Source: a virus (lineage: Duplodnaviria; Caudoviricetes). Taken from it: a stretch of 34,599 bases of DNA. The stretch lies in the IMG/VR virus record IMGVR_UViG_3300019996_000013, positions 1-34,599 of that record; one strand, 5' to 3'. The position numbers were made by a program, and so were the translations under genes. The notes below the pieces were generated by a model. The model saw only the letters and a program-made list of their open reading frames with translations, did not search any database and was not told the DNA's origin. How positions within the stretch are numbered: position 1 is the stretch's first letter; each line of letters opens with the position of its first letter. Below, in pieces: positions 8,207-17,915 of this stretch.

Positions 8207-8327
8207 TAGCAGTATTTGAAGAGTCGCTATCTTCGCTCTTGGATTGTATCGAGTTTCGTCCACTCATCGGCCGTATCAAGTCTCGCCAGCTTTTAATATA
8301 TGTTCGTCCTTTTTTTAGGATATTCTC
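8207..8327 (+). ncRNA. Candidate structured 5' leader: three tandem pseudoknot-like units plus an SD-occluding hairpin
   Basis: Three units with interleaved X-Y-X'-Y' complementarity, conserved GTAT and TCG linkers and different stem sequences. Confidence 0.55.
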
Positions 8328-9275
8328 ATGGCAATAACTACAACTAGCACGTTGCCTGCACCAGTACAACAGAGCTTTAGCTATAAGTTGCTCTCGGTGC
8401 CCGTGCCAAATATGATCCATAAAATACCAGCGATGAAGAAAGCTATGCCACGTAATGGTGGTACTACGCTGCGTATGCGTCGTTACAATCCTTTGGCGAC
8501 CGCAATGGTTCCATTAGGAAACTCTGGTGTAACACCTCCAGCACAATTACTTACTGCAATTGATATTGACGCAACAATATCGTTCTATGGCACGTATGTT
8601 CAATTGAACGAGCAAGTTACACTCCAAAACCAAGATCCGGTTCTCAATGAATGCGCAGCGCGCCTTGGTGTATCACTTCGTCAAACTGAAGATCAGTTAA
8701 CGCGTGACATGCTTGCAGGAACGGCTTCATTCATTAACTGCGTTGGCGGTGTTAATGGTGACAATCCAACTGAAATAACACGTTCTGATGTTGATGTTGT
8801 TGTGCGTACGCTCTTGGATAACAATGCGTACACTATTATGGATAACATCGAAGGTGAAGATAAATTCGGTACAGCGCCAGTTCGTGATGCATACTTTGCA
8901 CTATGTTCGACGCAATTGACCGGAAATCTTGATGCCGTTTCAGGATTCATCCATAAGAACCAATATCCTGCACCAATGGAAGCATTGCGTTCAGAATGGG
9001 GTGCCATTGGAAATTTGCGTTTCTTGGTATCATCTATCGGTTCAGTAACTCCTAATGCTTCTAACCTCGGCGCGAATGTGTTCAACATTTTCTGCGTTGG
9101 TATGGAAGCGTATGCGTGTATTGAGCAAGATGGCTATTCTGCTTCATTCATCTATCGTCCACCAATATATGATGGTCCGTTAGCATTGAATGCTTCAGTA
9201 GGATACAAGTTCGCAGAAGTTCCACGAATCACGAATGATCTGTGGGTTATTAACCTTCGTTGTACACTTGCTTAA
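8328..9275 (+). CDS. Major capsid protein, N4-gp56-like (HK97 fold)
   Basis: 315 aa; MPRNGGTTLRMRRYNPL, YGTYVQLNEQV, SEWGAIGNLRF and DGPLALNASVGYK motifs. Confidence 0.88.
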   Translation: MAITTTSTLPAPVQQSFSYKLLSVPVPNMIHKIPAMKKAMPRNGGTTLRMRRYNPLATAMVPLGNSGVTPPAQLLTAIDIDATISFYGTYVQLNEQVTLQNQDPVLNECAARLGVSLRQTEDQLTRDMLAGTASFINCVGGVNGDNPTEITRSDVDVVVRTLLDNNAYTIMDNIEGEDKFGTAPVRDAYFALCSTQLTGNLDAVSGFIHKNQYPAPMEALRSEWGAIGNLRFLVSSIGSVTPNASNLGANVFNIFCVGMEAYACIEQDGYSASFIYRPPIYDGPLALNASVGYKFAEVPRITNDLWVINLRCTLA

Positions 9276-9285
9276 GGAGTAAAAA

Positions 9286-10323
9286 ATGTCTACAGGAACA
9301 ACAACTTTTCAAGGAAGTTTTCTTTCTACGGGCGGTAATATTGTTATTCCGTTCGCAACACCTATAGATTGGATGCGCGTTATTAACTTAACAATAGCAG
9401 ATGATCAAAGTCCAACAACGCAAGAGGGTGTTGAATATTATTGGCAGCGTGGGTTTCCTTTTGAATCTAGGTATCTGTATTACAAATCAAATGCCACTAA
9501 TGCTGATAACTTGATTCAATATAGAATCGATGGTGGTTTTACGTTTGTTGATACAACGAGCAATCCAATTGGTGATTTAAATAACGGTTCGACCGGTATT
9601 TCTAACATTTCTAATGCTAACCCTCCCGTGGTAACGGTTGGTTCTACGACTGATATGTTACCAGGTAACGTTGTGCGTATTTACAACGTTGTTGGTGCAC
9701 AACAACTTGGTGGTATCGATTTCACGATAGGATATGGAACATTCTCGGGTACAAGCTTCAGTTTGGATTACATGTCAGCTATTGCAACCGCTGCTTCTCC
9801 AGGCGCCGGCGCGTCATTCCGTGTGATCCAATTCGATCCAATATTCTACCCACGTCGTCGTTACATCACTAAGATTACGCGTGCTTCACAAGCAGTTGTG
9901 ACTCTTTCGGTAACGCATCAGTACCAAGTAGGACAAGCGGTTCGATTTGTGATTCCTGCTGTGTATGGCATGCCACAAATGGATGGTCTTTTGGGGACAA
10001 TCGTTGCTATCGATACTTCTACAACAGCGGTTACTGGAAACACGATCACGGTTGATATTGATTCTAGTACATTCAGTTCATTCGCATTCCCAGTAACTTC
10101 TATACATCCGTTTTCGCCTGCTGAAGTCGTACCGGTAGGAGAAGATACTGGAGTTGCATTGAGTCTTGGTTCTAATATCTTGAATGATTCTACAATCAAC
10201 GAAGGCATGTTCGCGATGATACTTAATGGTGGTGATGATCAACCAGGTGGTCGTTCAGTTGGCGATACTATGATTTGGCAGGCTGGAACCGTGTTCAGCA
10301 CAAATAATCTAATATCGTTCTAG
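9286..10323 (+). CDS. Virion structural/decoration protein with two E1-FCCH-like beta-barrel repeats
   Basis: Directly after the capsid gene; ISNISNANPPVVTV and ITKITRASQAVVT...GMPQMDG...ITVDIDSSTF repeats. Confidence 0.7.
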   Translation: MSTGTTTFQGSFLSTGGNIVIPFATPIDWMRVINLTIADDQSPTTQEGVEYYWQRGFPFESRYLYYKSNATNADNLIQYRIDGGFTFVDTTSNPIGDLNNGSTGISNISNANPPVVTVGSTTDMLPGNVVRIYNVVGAQQLGGIDFTIGYGTFSGTSFSLDYMSAIATAASPGAGASFRVIQFDPIFYPRRRYITKITRASQAVVTLSVTHQYQVGQAVRFVIPAVYGMPQMDGLLGTIVAIDTSTTAVTGNTITVDIDSSTFSSFAFPVTSIHPFSPAEVVPVGEDTGVALSLGSNILNDSTINEGMFAMILNGGDDQPGGRSVGDTMIWQAGTVFSTNNLISF

Positions 10324-10345
10324 AATTACCATAACCAACTCTCTT

Positions 10346-10374
10346 CCGGGAGCAGTTTCCCCAACTGCTCCCGG
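10346..10374 (+). terminator. Strong hairpin after capsid and decoration genes (attenuator/terminator)
   Basis: CCGGGAGCAGTT-TCCCC-AACTGCTCCCGG, weak U-tract. Confidence 0.55.
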
Positions 10375-10395
10375 GGATTTATACGAGGAGCAACC

Positions 10396-10806
10396 ATGGC
10401 GCAAGAGACAACAACAAATCCAGAATTGAATGTAAGAAAAGAGAATAAAGCAAAGCTCCGCTATCAACGTGATAAAGATCGTGAATTGGTAACTGGCATG
10501 TTTCATTTTCATGAAGTCCCTGGTGGATCTATGTCATTTGTCTATCGCGGTTATCGCGAAGATCAGGTAGAACGCTATGACATGATAGACAACCAAATCT
10601 ATAAAATACCGTTGGGTGTAGCAAAACACTTAAACAAAAATGGTTGGTATCCAGTTCATTCATATGCTGTGGATGATCATGGAAAACCGATTATGAAAAT
10701 AGGACAAAAAGTCCGCCGGTTCAGCTTTAGATCATTAGAATTTATTGATTCTGCGGATTTAACTCCGGAAGGCTCAGCGAATATCATAACGGTTCAGAGA
10801 GTTTAG
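10396..10806 (+). CDS. Hypothetical head-region protein
   Basis: GAGGAG SD; 136 aa within the morphogenesis operon. Confidence 0.75.
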   Translation: MAQETTTNPELNVRKENKAKLRYQRDKDRELVTGMFHFHEVPGGSMSFVYRGYREDQVERYDMIDNQIYKIPLGVAKHLNKNGWYPVHSYAVDDHGKPIMKIGQKVRRFSFRSLEFIDSADLTPEGSANIITVQRV

Positions 10807-10807
10807 T

Positions 10808-11170
10808 ATGTCAAACTGCTATGCCAATCCCAATCCCACATTTCAGCCCGCGTATCGCCTCATCACGTCTATCACGAACTCGAATCCAGCGATAATCACA
10901 ACATCGTTTGCACATAACTACAAAACGGGGATGATTGTGCGGATTGATATTCCACCAGCGGATAGCATGCAGCAAATAAATGGTTTGACCGGCACGATTA
11001 TAGTGACCGGTCCTACTACTTTTTCGATAGATATTGATACAAAGCATTTTGATGTATTTTCTATTCCTGTCACGCGCTATAATACCTGTGCACTTGTTGT
11101 TCCTATCGGTGAAGTAGCTGCTACACTGAAGGCGGCTACGATTAACGTTTTACCAAGTGGAGATTTCTAA
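10808..11170 (+). CDS. Single E1-FCCH-like domain structural protein
   Basis: ITSITNSNPAIITTSFAHNY..G..VRI.IP...MQQINGLTGTI...FSIDIDT resembles repeat 2 of 9286-10323. Confidence 0.72.
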   Translation: MSNCYANPNPTFQPAYRLITSITNSNPAIITTSFAHNYKTGMIVRIDIPPADSMQQINGLTGTIIVTGPTTFSIDIDTKHFDVFSIPVTRYNTCALVVPIGEVAATLKAATINVLPSGDF

Positions 11171-12147
11171 TGGCAGATTCATCACTCACCGCTATACAAA
11201 CAAAGGTAAGGCGGTTAACACGAAGCCCTTCAGAAGCAATACTCCCTACAGCAACGCTTAATGAATACATCAATACATTTGTGCTTTATGATTTTCCCGA
11301 ACACTTACGCCTTTTTAATTTACGTACAACACTCACGTTTTGGTGTGAGCCTTTTATAGATACTTATACAACTACAACGAGTGATCCAGCTGATCCTTTA
11401 TACAATTTCATCAATAAATATATTTCGGTACATGATCCGGTATATATCGCAGGATATAAAGCTTTTTATTCGCAATCTCGTGAACAGTTTTTCAATATTT
11501 ATCCGTTTACCAATAGCCTTCAGCTCGTTGCATCCGGCGATGGCATAACGACAGCATTTTCTGGCGTATTACCTTCTATTCCCGTTGCACGTAATAATGT
11601 TACGTTTGCATCAATAACTACAACTGGCGGTGGTTTACAATGCCATGACGATGGTAATGGTAATTTGGTTGGTGACGTAACCGTTCCGGGAACTATTAAT
11701 TATCTTACTGGCGCTTTTTCGTTTAATTTCACATCAGCTCCTGCGTCAGGAATTCCCGTAAATAGTGAAACGTATGTCTATGTTCCAGCACGACCATTAG
11801 CCATGCTATTTTATGACGGTGTATTTACCCTACGTCCTATCCCCGATCAGCCGTATCCAATCAATTGTGAAGTGTATATTCGTCCAACTGAACTTCTTTC
11901 ATCAAGTCAAAGTCCTGAACTACAAGAATGGTGGCAATATATTGCTTACGGCGCTGCTAAAAAAGTTTTTGAAGATCGTATGGATGTCGATAGTGTCGGT
12001 CTTATAATGCCCGAGTTTAAGAAACAAGAAGCATTAATTCTAAGAAGAACTATTGTACAATACACCAACGAACGAACCGCTACTATCTATACCGAACAAA
12101 CTGGTCTTCAAACAGGATCATGGGGCTGGGGCGGCGGACCATTTTAA
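11170..12147 (+). CDS. Putative head-to-tail adaptor with inserted beta-rich domain
   Basis: Helical N-terminus (IQTKVRRLT...LNEYIN) and C-terminus (WWQYIAYGAAKKVFEDR) flanking a beta-rich insert; position. Confidence 0.6.
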   Translation: MADSSLTAIQTKVRRLTRSPSEAILPTATLNEYINTFVLYDFPEHLRLFNLRTTLTFWCEPFIDTYTTTTSDPADPLYNFINKYISVHDPVYIAGYKAFYSQSREQFFNIYPFTNSLQLVASGDGITTAFSGVLPSIPVARNNVTFASITTTGGGLQCHDDGNGNLVGDVTVPGTINYLTGAFSFNFTSAPASGIPVNSETYVYVPARPLAMLFYDGVFTLRPIPDQPYPINCEVYIRPTELLSSSQSPELQEWWQYIAYGAAKKVFEDRMDVDSVGLIMPEFKKQEALILRRTIVQYTNERTATIYTEQTGLQTGSWGWGGGPF

Positions 12148-12159
12148 TCAGGAGAAACA

Positions 12160-12780
12160 ATGGCATACAATGCAAATATTCCGCAGCCTAATGATCGGCT
12201 TAAAGATTCTCAACCCGAAATTTTGGCAAACTTCCAAGCAATCAACACGCTTATTGGAATTAACCATGCAACTTTCGGTGCTTCTGATGCGGGAAAGCAT
12301 ACGTATATTGAATTTGTACCACAGCTTGCAGCGCCTCCGATCGTGTTCCCTGCGGGCGAGAATGCAGTTTATAGCTTCTTAAATACACTTACTTCACAGA
12401 ACGAGATCTATGTTAACAAAACACAGCAAGCGACGGTTGTACAAGTTCCATTTACTGCTTCTACCCTAAGTATTACTAATCTTCCGAGTCCTCAAAGCAA
12501 TGGGTGGTCATACTTGCCATCAGGATTACTTATCAAATGGGGTAACGGCCAAGGAACTGGCGATGATGTTCAATCATTCCCCGTAGATGCCACTACACCG
12601 GTCTTTACGCGTGTTATGCAAGTTATATTATGCACTTCAGGTGGTGTTGCCGGTGATCAAGATACCTTTGTTCGCCTTAAAGGTATGAACTCTACACAAA
12701 TTCAATTCTGGGCTGGCAAAAGAACGGTTTTAAACTCGCCAACATTGTGCTTCTTCTCGTATCTAGCCATAGGAAGATAA
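12160..12780 (+). CDS. Tail-associated protein with gp53-like C-terminal domain
   Basis: NGWSYLPSGLLIKWG motif and C-terminal YLAIG. Confidence 0.65.
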   Translation: MAYNANIPQPNDRLKDSQPEILANFQAINTLIGINHATFGASDAGKHTYIEFVPQLAAPPIVFPAGENAVYSFLNTLTSQNEIYVNKTQQATVVQVPFTASTLSITNLPSPQSNGWSYLPSGLLIKWGNGQGTGDDVQSFPVDATTPVFTRVMQVILCTSGGVAGDQDTFVRLKGMNSTQIQFWAGKRTVLNSPTLCFFSYLAIGR

Positions 12781-12781
12781 G

Positions 12782-14977
12782 ATGCCTATCGATCGTTTCA
12801 TGATTGCTCCATTGAATACAGGTCTACAAACGGACCTAAAACCGTGGCTTATTCCTGACGACGCTTTCTTTCGGCTACAGAATGCCTATATTTTCCGTGG
12901 TCGTGTACGTAAGCGTTTTGGTGCAATACTCATGAACGGATCGGTTGACCCTTCAGTAGCGCAATTATATTCTCGCTTTAGAATTCTTGTAGGAACAACC
13001 GATGGCTCGGGGAATCTTTCCGGTACGGTACCAGGAGTTATTTTCCAAATAGGGCAACTGTTTTCTATTGGCGATGAGATATTCACTGTTTATCAAACCG
13101 GAACGCCTGCAGCAATGCTTAAAACTGGTTCAACAACAACAGCAACGTATGACACAACTACTGGAGCATTTAATTTTGTCGGGGCAGCCGCACTTACTGA
13201 TGTATTTTTTTACCCAGCACAACCGGTTATGGGTCTTCTTACCTATGAAACAGCAGCGATAAATGATGAACCAGTTTTCGGGTTCGATACACAATTTGCT
13301 TACACGTATAACGGTACTTCGTGGCAACGATCGTCGGCAGAAGCATCGGCAGGAGCTTCAGTATGGACAGGATCCAATGCTGATTTCTTTTGGGGATACA
13401 CCTATCGTGGCGTTTCTGATAGCAATAATTACTTCTTTGTTTCAAACTTCGTAGCAATAGATTTAATGCGGTTCTTTGATGGTACGCAGTGGAATTTCTT
13501 TAATCCGGTCTATAATAACGGCAGTGAAACAATTGAAACAGCGCGTATTATAGTTCCCTTTAAAAATCGCCTTGTTTTGCTCAATACCATAGAAACAGTA
13601 AGTGCCGCTAATACTGCTTTTGTTAATCGTTGCCGGTTCTCGGTTAATGGCGATCCTACTTCAGTTAATGCTTGGAACGAAGATATTCCAGGACAAGGTG
13701 GCTATGTTGACCTGCCTACAAAAGAAGTAATTGTTACTGCCCAGTTCTTAAAAGATCGTTTAATCGTGTATTGCGAATCGAGCACCTGGGAACTTGTATA
13801 CACAGGAAACCAAGTTCTTCCTTTTGTCTGGCAACAGATCAACACAGAACTCGGCGCTGAATCGACCTTTTCTGAGGTTCCTTTTGATAAATTGATTCTT
13901 GGTGTAGGTAATGTCGGTATCCATGCTTGTAATGGCGCTAACGTTGAACGCATCGATTCAAAAATTCCTGATTCTGTCTTTGAAGTATCTAATGATAACG
14001 AAGGCGTATTTCGTGTGTACGGTATTCGTGATTATTTTGCTGAAATGGTCTACTGGACCTTTCCTTCACTTGAACTGGATTCAACATTCCCTAATCGCGT
14101 ATTGATCTATAACTATCGTACGCAGTCGTGGGCATTTAATGATGATTCAATTACCGCATTTGGTTACTATCAACAACAAGATTCAATAACATGGGCATCA
14201 ACTAATGATACGTGGCAGGACTCAGTTGAAGCATGGAATAATGCTATATTACAAGCCAAGTTTCGACAGATTATCGCCGGAAATCAAGAAGGATTCGTTT
14301 TCATTGTCGATACCGAGGGTACCCGTAATGCTCCTGCTCTTCAAATTACCAACCTTATCGTCACTGGCAATGTCGTTACTATTACTGCTATTAATCATAA
14401 TCTACTGCCTGGGGATTATATATATATCGAGAACACGGTAGGCGTTAATTTACCTATTTTAGGATTTTACCCTGTTGCTAGCGTAATTGATGTTAATAAT
14501 TTCACGCTCGAGAATACTGATATCACACTAGCTCTTGGTGGCTATCTTGGTGGTGGTACTATTACTCGCGTGAGTAGAATTGATATTTGGACCAAACAAT
14601 ATAACTTCTATGTTAATCAGGGCCGTAATGTCGCTATCAATAAAGTAGATTTTCTTGTTGATAAAACTGCATTAGGCGCTATTACTATTGATTTCTTCCC
14701 GTCATCGACCGAGCTTTCTATGATCCAGGAGGGACAAGCGACGGGTGCAATTATTGGTACTAATGTCCTTGAGACATCCGCTTATCCGTTAGTACCGCTC
14801 GAATCACAACAGGATCGAGTATGGCATCCGGTATATTTGCAAGCCGATGGCGAATGTATTCAGTTACGGATTTACTTATCTGATGACCAGATGGTTAATA
14901 TCGATACTGCATTTTCCGATTTTCAGCTCAATGCAATGACTTTCTATGCTCAGCCAACATCTCAGCGTCTCCAATAA
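12782..14977 (+). CDS. Putative tail hub/nozzle (P22 gp10 or T7 gp12-like beta-propeller)
   Basis: 731 aa, beta-rich; NAYIFRGRVRKRFG, PFKNRLVLLN and RCRFS..GDP; one FCCH-like insert; precedes the ejection genes. Confidence 0.68.
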   Translation: MPIDRFMIAPLNTGLQTDLKPWLIPDDAFFRLQNAYIFRGRVRKRFGAILMNGSVDPSVAQLYSRFRILVGTTDGSGNLSGTVPGVIFQIGQLFSIGDEIFTVYQTGTPAAMLKTGSTTTATYDTTTGAFNFVGAAALTDVFFYPAQPVMGLLTYETAAINDEPVFGFDTQFAYTYNGTSWQRSSAEASAGASVWTGSNADFFWGYTYRGVSDSNNYFFVSNFVAIDLMRFFDGTQWNFFNPVYNNGSETIETARIIVPFKNRLVLLNTIETVSAANTAFVNRCRFSVNGDPTSVNAWNEDIPGQGGYVDLPTKEVIVTAQFLKDRLIVYCESSTWELVYTGNQVLPFVWQQINTELGAESTFSEVPFDKLILGVGNVGIHACNGANVERIDSKIPDSVFEVSNDNEGVFRVYGIRDYFAEMVYWTFPSLELDSTFPNRVLIYNYRTQSWAFNDDSITAFGYYQQQDSITWASTNDTWQDSVEAWNNAILQAKFRQIIAGNQEGFVFIVDTEGTRNAPALQITNLIVTGNVVTITAINHNLLPGDYIYIENTVGVNLPILGFYPVASVIDVNNFTLENTDITLALGGYLGGGTITRVSRIDIWTKQYNFYVNQGRNVAINKVDFLVDKTALGAITIDFFPSSTELSMIQEGQATGAIIGTNVLETSAYPLVPLESQQDRVWHPVYLQADGECIQLRIYLSDDQMVNIDTAFSDFQLNAMTFYAQPTSQRLQ

Positions 14978-15012
14978 AACTTCTACCGCAGGAACGAATC
15001 CACGCGGTAGAA
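14978..15012 (-). terminator. Terminator hairpin between convergent genes
   Basis: TTCTACCGC-14nt-GCGGTAGAA; U-rich tract follows on the minus strand. Confidence 0.55.
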
Positions 15013-15050
15013 AAAAGGGAGAGCTATGAAACTCTCTGGGTGATAGGATA

Positions 15051-15602
15051 TCACTCTTTTATGTATTCTAAAATAACATATGTAACTGTATAGTTCGTTC
15101 TATCAGACCCTGTCGTAATATTTACATTCGTACTATCGACATTGAGTTCTATATTTTTAGTCAAAACGGGACTTGCGTACGGGATCGGGATATAGCTCAT
15201 TCCTATTTGGTCTGAAGCTGTCGCATAGATGCGAGTAAAACTATATCCTGATGTTATAGTGAGGTTATGTGCAACGGATTTGGTTGCGGTATTAGGGAGT
15301 GTACCAAAATTGATAACAAGCCGGAATACTTGCCGCCATATAGGGGCTGTAGCAGTAGTCGAAGATCGTGCTGGATTGGGAAAGAATATCTGACCGTTTA
15401 CAAATTCCGTTTGGGCATAATAACCCGCATCGCGTGTATCTACCGATAAAGAAATATTGTTAATATTCTGCCCAAGGCGCACAATAAGCTCTTTAAACTC
15501 AGGACTGGTTACTTCAACTGAATAGACTTGTGATACGTCCCAAATATTGGTCGTTGCAACAAAAGATCCTGGATTGGCTTGTGGACCATAACTTGCAGCC
15601 AT
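15051..15602 (-). CDS. Probable virion structural protein (coiled coil plus beta-sandwich) encoded antisense to the tail operon
   Basis: AGGAG SD; T/S/N/V-rich; FGTLPNTATKSVAHNL...YVILEYIK fibre-tip-like domain. Confidence 0.75.
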   Translation of the reverse strand: MAASYGPQANPGSFVATTNIWDVSQVYSVEVTSPEFKELIVRLGQNINNISLSVDTRDAGYYAQTEFVNGQIFFPNPARSSTTATAPIWRQVFRLVINFGTLPNTATKSVAHNLTITSGYSFTRIYATASDQIGMSYIPIPYASPVLTKNIELNVDSTNVNITTGSDRTNYTVTYVILEYIKE

Positions 15603-15683
15603 ATACTTACTCCTAGAAAATCTAGATAAACAATCTCTTGCTTATTAGGCTAAGAGAGTAGGTATATAAATCAAGGAGATGCA

Positions 15684-16148
15684 ATGCCATTACGCCAATT
15701 CCCGTTGCTCACACAACCACAACAGGGACTCCAACAAAATATCTTATCAATGTTGCCCCAATTGCTTTCTTCTACGAGTCAGCAAGGTTTTGATTTTAAA
15801 CCGATTGCAGAACAGGCGCGCACTCAGTTTCAGCAACAAACGATTCCTTCTATTGCTGAACGATTCACCGGATTGAATGCCCAAGGATCAAGTGCGTTTA
15901 AGCAATCTCTAGGACAAGCGGGCGCTGGACTAGAACAGGGGCTCGGTGCATTACAATCACAATACGGACTTCAACAACAAGGACTTAATCAGCAGCTTCT
16001 TTCTAATTTATTACATCATGGACTCCAGCCGTCGATGGAAAATGTATACTTCCCGCGCCAACAAAGCTTTTCTGAAGGATTTTTCCCCTCATTAGCGCAA
16101 GGTGGTTTATCGGCGCTCTTAAAACTGTTAACTGGTGGTTTACTTTAA
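15684..16148 (+). CDS. Putative ejection (DNA transfer) protein, Gln/Gly-rich
   Basis: AAGGAG SD; composition and position like podovirus pilot proteins. Confidence 0.65.
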   Translation: MPLRQFPLLTQPQQGLQQNILSMLPQLLSSTSQQGFDFKPIAEQARTQFQQQTIPSIAERFTGLNAQGSSAFKQSLGQAGAGLEQGLGALQSQYGLQQQGLNQQLLSNLLHHGLQPSMENVYFPRQQSFSEGFFPSLAQGGLSALLKLLTGGLL

Positions 16149-16157
16149 AGGAATATC

Positions 16158-17648
16158 ATGGCTCAAGTAATCAACGAAACGCCACAACTTGGATTTCGCC
16201 TCGGTACTGGTCTTGGACAAGGATTAGGCGCCGGATTGAATGAATTGGCTAATTATCATGTAGGAAATCTCTTACAACAAAAACAACAGGCCATGGCACA
16301 ACAGCAACAACAACGTACCAGTGGCTTGTTGCAACAGTTCGGTCTTGCGCCAGAAGCTGCAAATTTCATTGCAATCTTACCACCTAAGGAACAATGGGCA
16401 GCTGTGCAAGAACTGTCAGGACTTGGTGCATTAGGCGGACTCCAACAGCAAGAGCAGGGGCAACAACAACAATCTCTTGGGCAACTGGCACAACCACAAG
16501 AAACTTCGCAACCTTTATCGCAGGTTTTGGGCCAGATGGGGCAACAAATGCCAAGATCGGTTCAGGAATTGTTTGCTTTACGAGGATTGCAACAACAGCC
16601 GCAGGCAGCAGCACAGATGCAACAGCCAAGCGCTCAACAACCGCAACAAATAGCACCTCCACCGGAAATACAACAAAAAGCAGCACAAGCTCCAGCACAA
16701 GGTAAGGGCGCTCAAGGTGCACAACCAAGGATAACGCAACGTGAAGTTAAAAGGCCGGTGACCCCAGCTGATCAACTCGCTTTAAAACGACAACTAGTTG
16801 CACAAAAAGAAATGGAAAAAGAGCAAAGAATCGCACAAAAAGATATTAATAAAGAGACTGAAGATTTTTATAAGACTACGATCAAAGACGAACAAGCGGC
16901 TAAAAAGAGTGATCTACGCTTGGGTCGTCTCGAGCAGTTGGTAAAAAAAGGAAATTTACCTGGTTCAACCTGGTATCGGTTATTTAAGGATCTTTCTGAA
17001 GAAGGCCTTGGAATCAATACAACACTTGCTGGCGCTGCTCTTGGAGCATTAGCTGGTGGTGGTGCTGGAACTCTCTTTGGAGGCCCTGCCGGAGCCGTAG
17101 CCGGTATTACCGCAGGACAAGCGGGCGGTGCAGCACTCGGTGGTCTGTTAGGTTCGGCAATCAATCCGCTTGCTAAAGGTCTAGGTAGCGCTGCCCTTGC
17201 CATACAAAGAAAAACGTCACCGGATGTTGAAGAGTTCGAAAAGCTTTCTACTGACTTTATTCGTGAAGCAAAAGAGATATTCGGAGCTCGCGTAACTAAC
17301 CAAGATCTTACTGCCTTCATGCAAATTATTCCTACCCTTATGCAAACAGATGCCGGTAAGAATAGAGTTATTGAGAACATGCGCTTTTTTAATAAGGCTA
17401 ATCATGTTCGTTATAACGCTATGAAACAGATCATTGACACAAATGGTGGCAAACGTCCGGCTAATATCGAACTTCTGGTTGATGAATATACGCAACCACA
17501 ACTCGATAAGCTTGCCGATCAATTCAAAGAAGGAATTGTCACCACTACTTCCCTTCCACAACTTAACGCCAAACCTTTAACTAAAGCTGCCGTTACAGGA
17601 AAACAACCGGGAGTAATAGGATCTGCGCGTAGACGGGCAAATTTATAA
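16158..17648 (+). CDS. Putative ejection (DNA transfer) protein with glycine-zipper hydrophobic segment
   Basis: LGTGLGQGLGAGL N-terminus, poly-Q linker, LAGAALGALAGG...ALGGLLG zipper, C-terminal FGARVTNQDL. Confidence 0.7.
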   Translation: MAQVINETPQLGFRLGTGLGQGLGAGLNELANYHVGNLLQQKQQAMAQQQQQRTSGLLQQFGLAPEAANFIAILPPKEQWAAVQELSGLGALGGLQQQEQGQQQQSLGQLAQPQETSQPLSQVLGQMGQQMPRSVQELFALRGLQQQPQAAAQMQQPSAQQPQQIAPPPEIQQKAAQAPAQGKGAQGAQPRITQREVKRPVTPADQLALKRQLVAQKEMEKEQRIAQKDINKETEDFYKTTIKDEQAAKKSDLRLGRLEQLVKKGNLPGSTWYRLFKDLSEEGLGINTTLAGAALGALAGGGAGTLFGGPAGAVAGITAGQAGGAALGGLLGSAINPLAKGLGSAALAIQRKTSPDVEEFEKLSTDFIREAKEIFGARVTNQDLTAFMQIIPTLMQTDAGKNRVIENMRFFNKANHVRYNAMKQIIDTNGGKRPANIELLVDEYTQPQLDKLADQFKEGIVTTTSLPQLNAKPLTKAAVTGKQPGVIGSARRRANL

Positions 17649-17903
17649 TTTTTTACTTTCTTCTTGGCAGCGTTTGATGTAACAATCAAGCGCTTCCTTT
17701 GTTAAAGAACAAAGTCCTTGCTTATTTTCTGCATTGTCTTGATTAGGTTTATTAAAATCAACCTGAGGAAGTTTTCGAAACATCCATGCAAGCATACGCA
17801 TACCGCCGTAAATAAACCCTACAAATAGTGCTAAGTAGAGCATCAATCCCACAAATAAACTGCCAACTATAAGAAGTATCCCGCCAAGTATATCCAATAA
17901 CAT
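17643..17903 (-). CDS. Small membrane protein, superinfection-exclusion candidate
   Basis: Long hydrophobic N-terminus; AAGGA SD; antisense and adjacent to the ejection genes. Confidence 0.6.
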   Translation of the reverse strand: MLLDILGGILLIVGSLFVGLMLYLALFVGFIYGGMRMLAWMFRKLPQVDFNKPNQDNAENKQGLCSLTKEALDCYIKRCQEESKKL

Positions 17904-17915
17904 TATCGTTTCCTT

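Noticed and set aside
8207-8292. HDV-like/theta ribozyme or a known riboswitch class
   Set aside because: I could not fit the nested HDV P1-P4 topology or the consensus of preQ1, SAM-II or guanidine riboswitches by eye; kept as an unknown motif pending an Rfam scan
7021-11170. Phage-encoded ubiquitin-like conjugation system (RLQAGG plus E1-FCCH-like domains)
   Set aside because: No E1 adenylation, E2 or JAB domain; FCCH-like repeats are common phage structural domains; the GG is internal and followed by Pro
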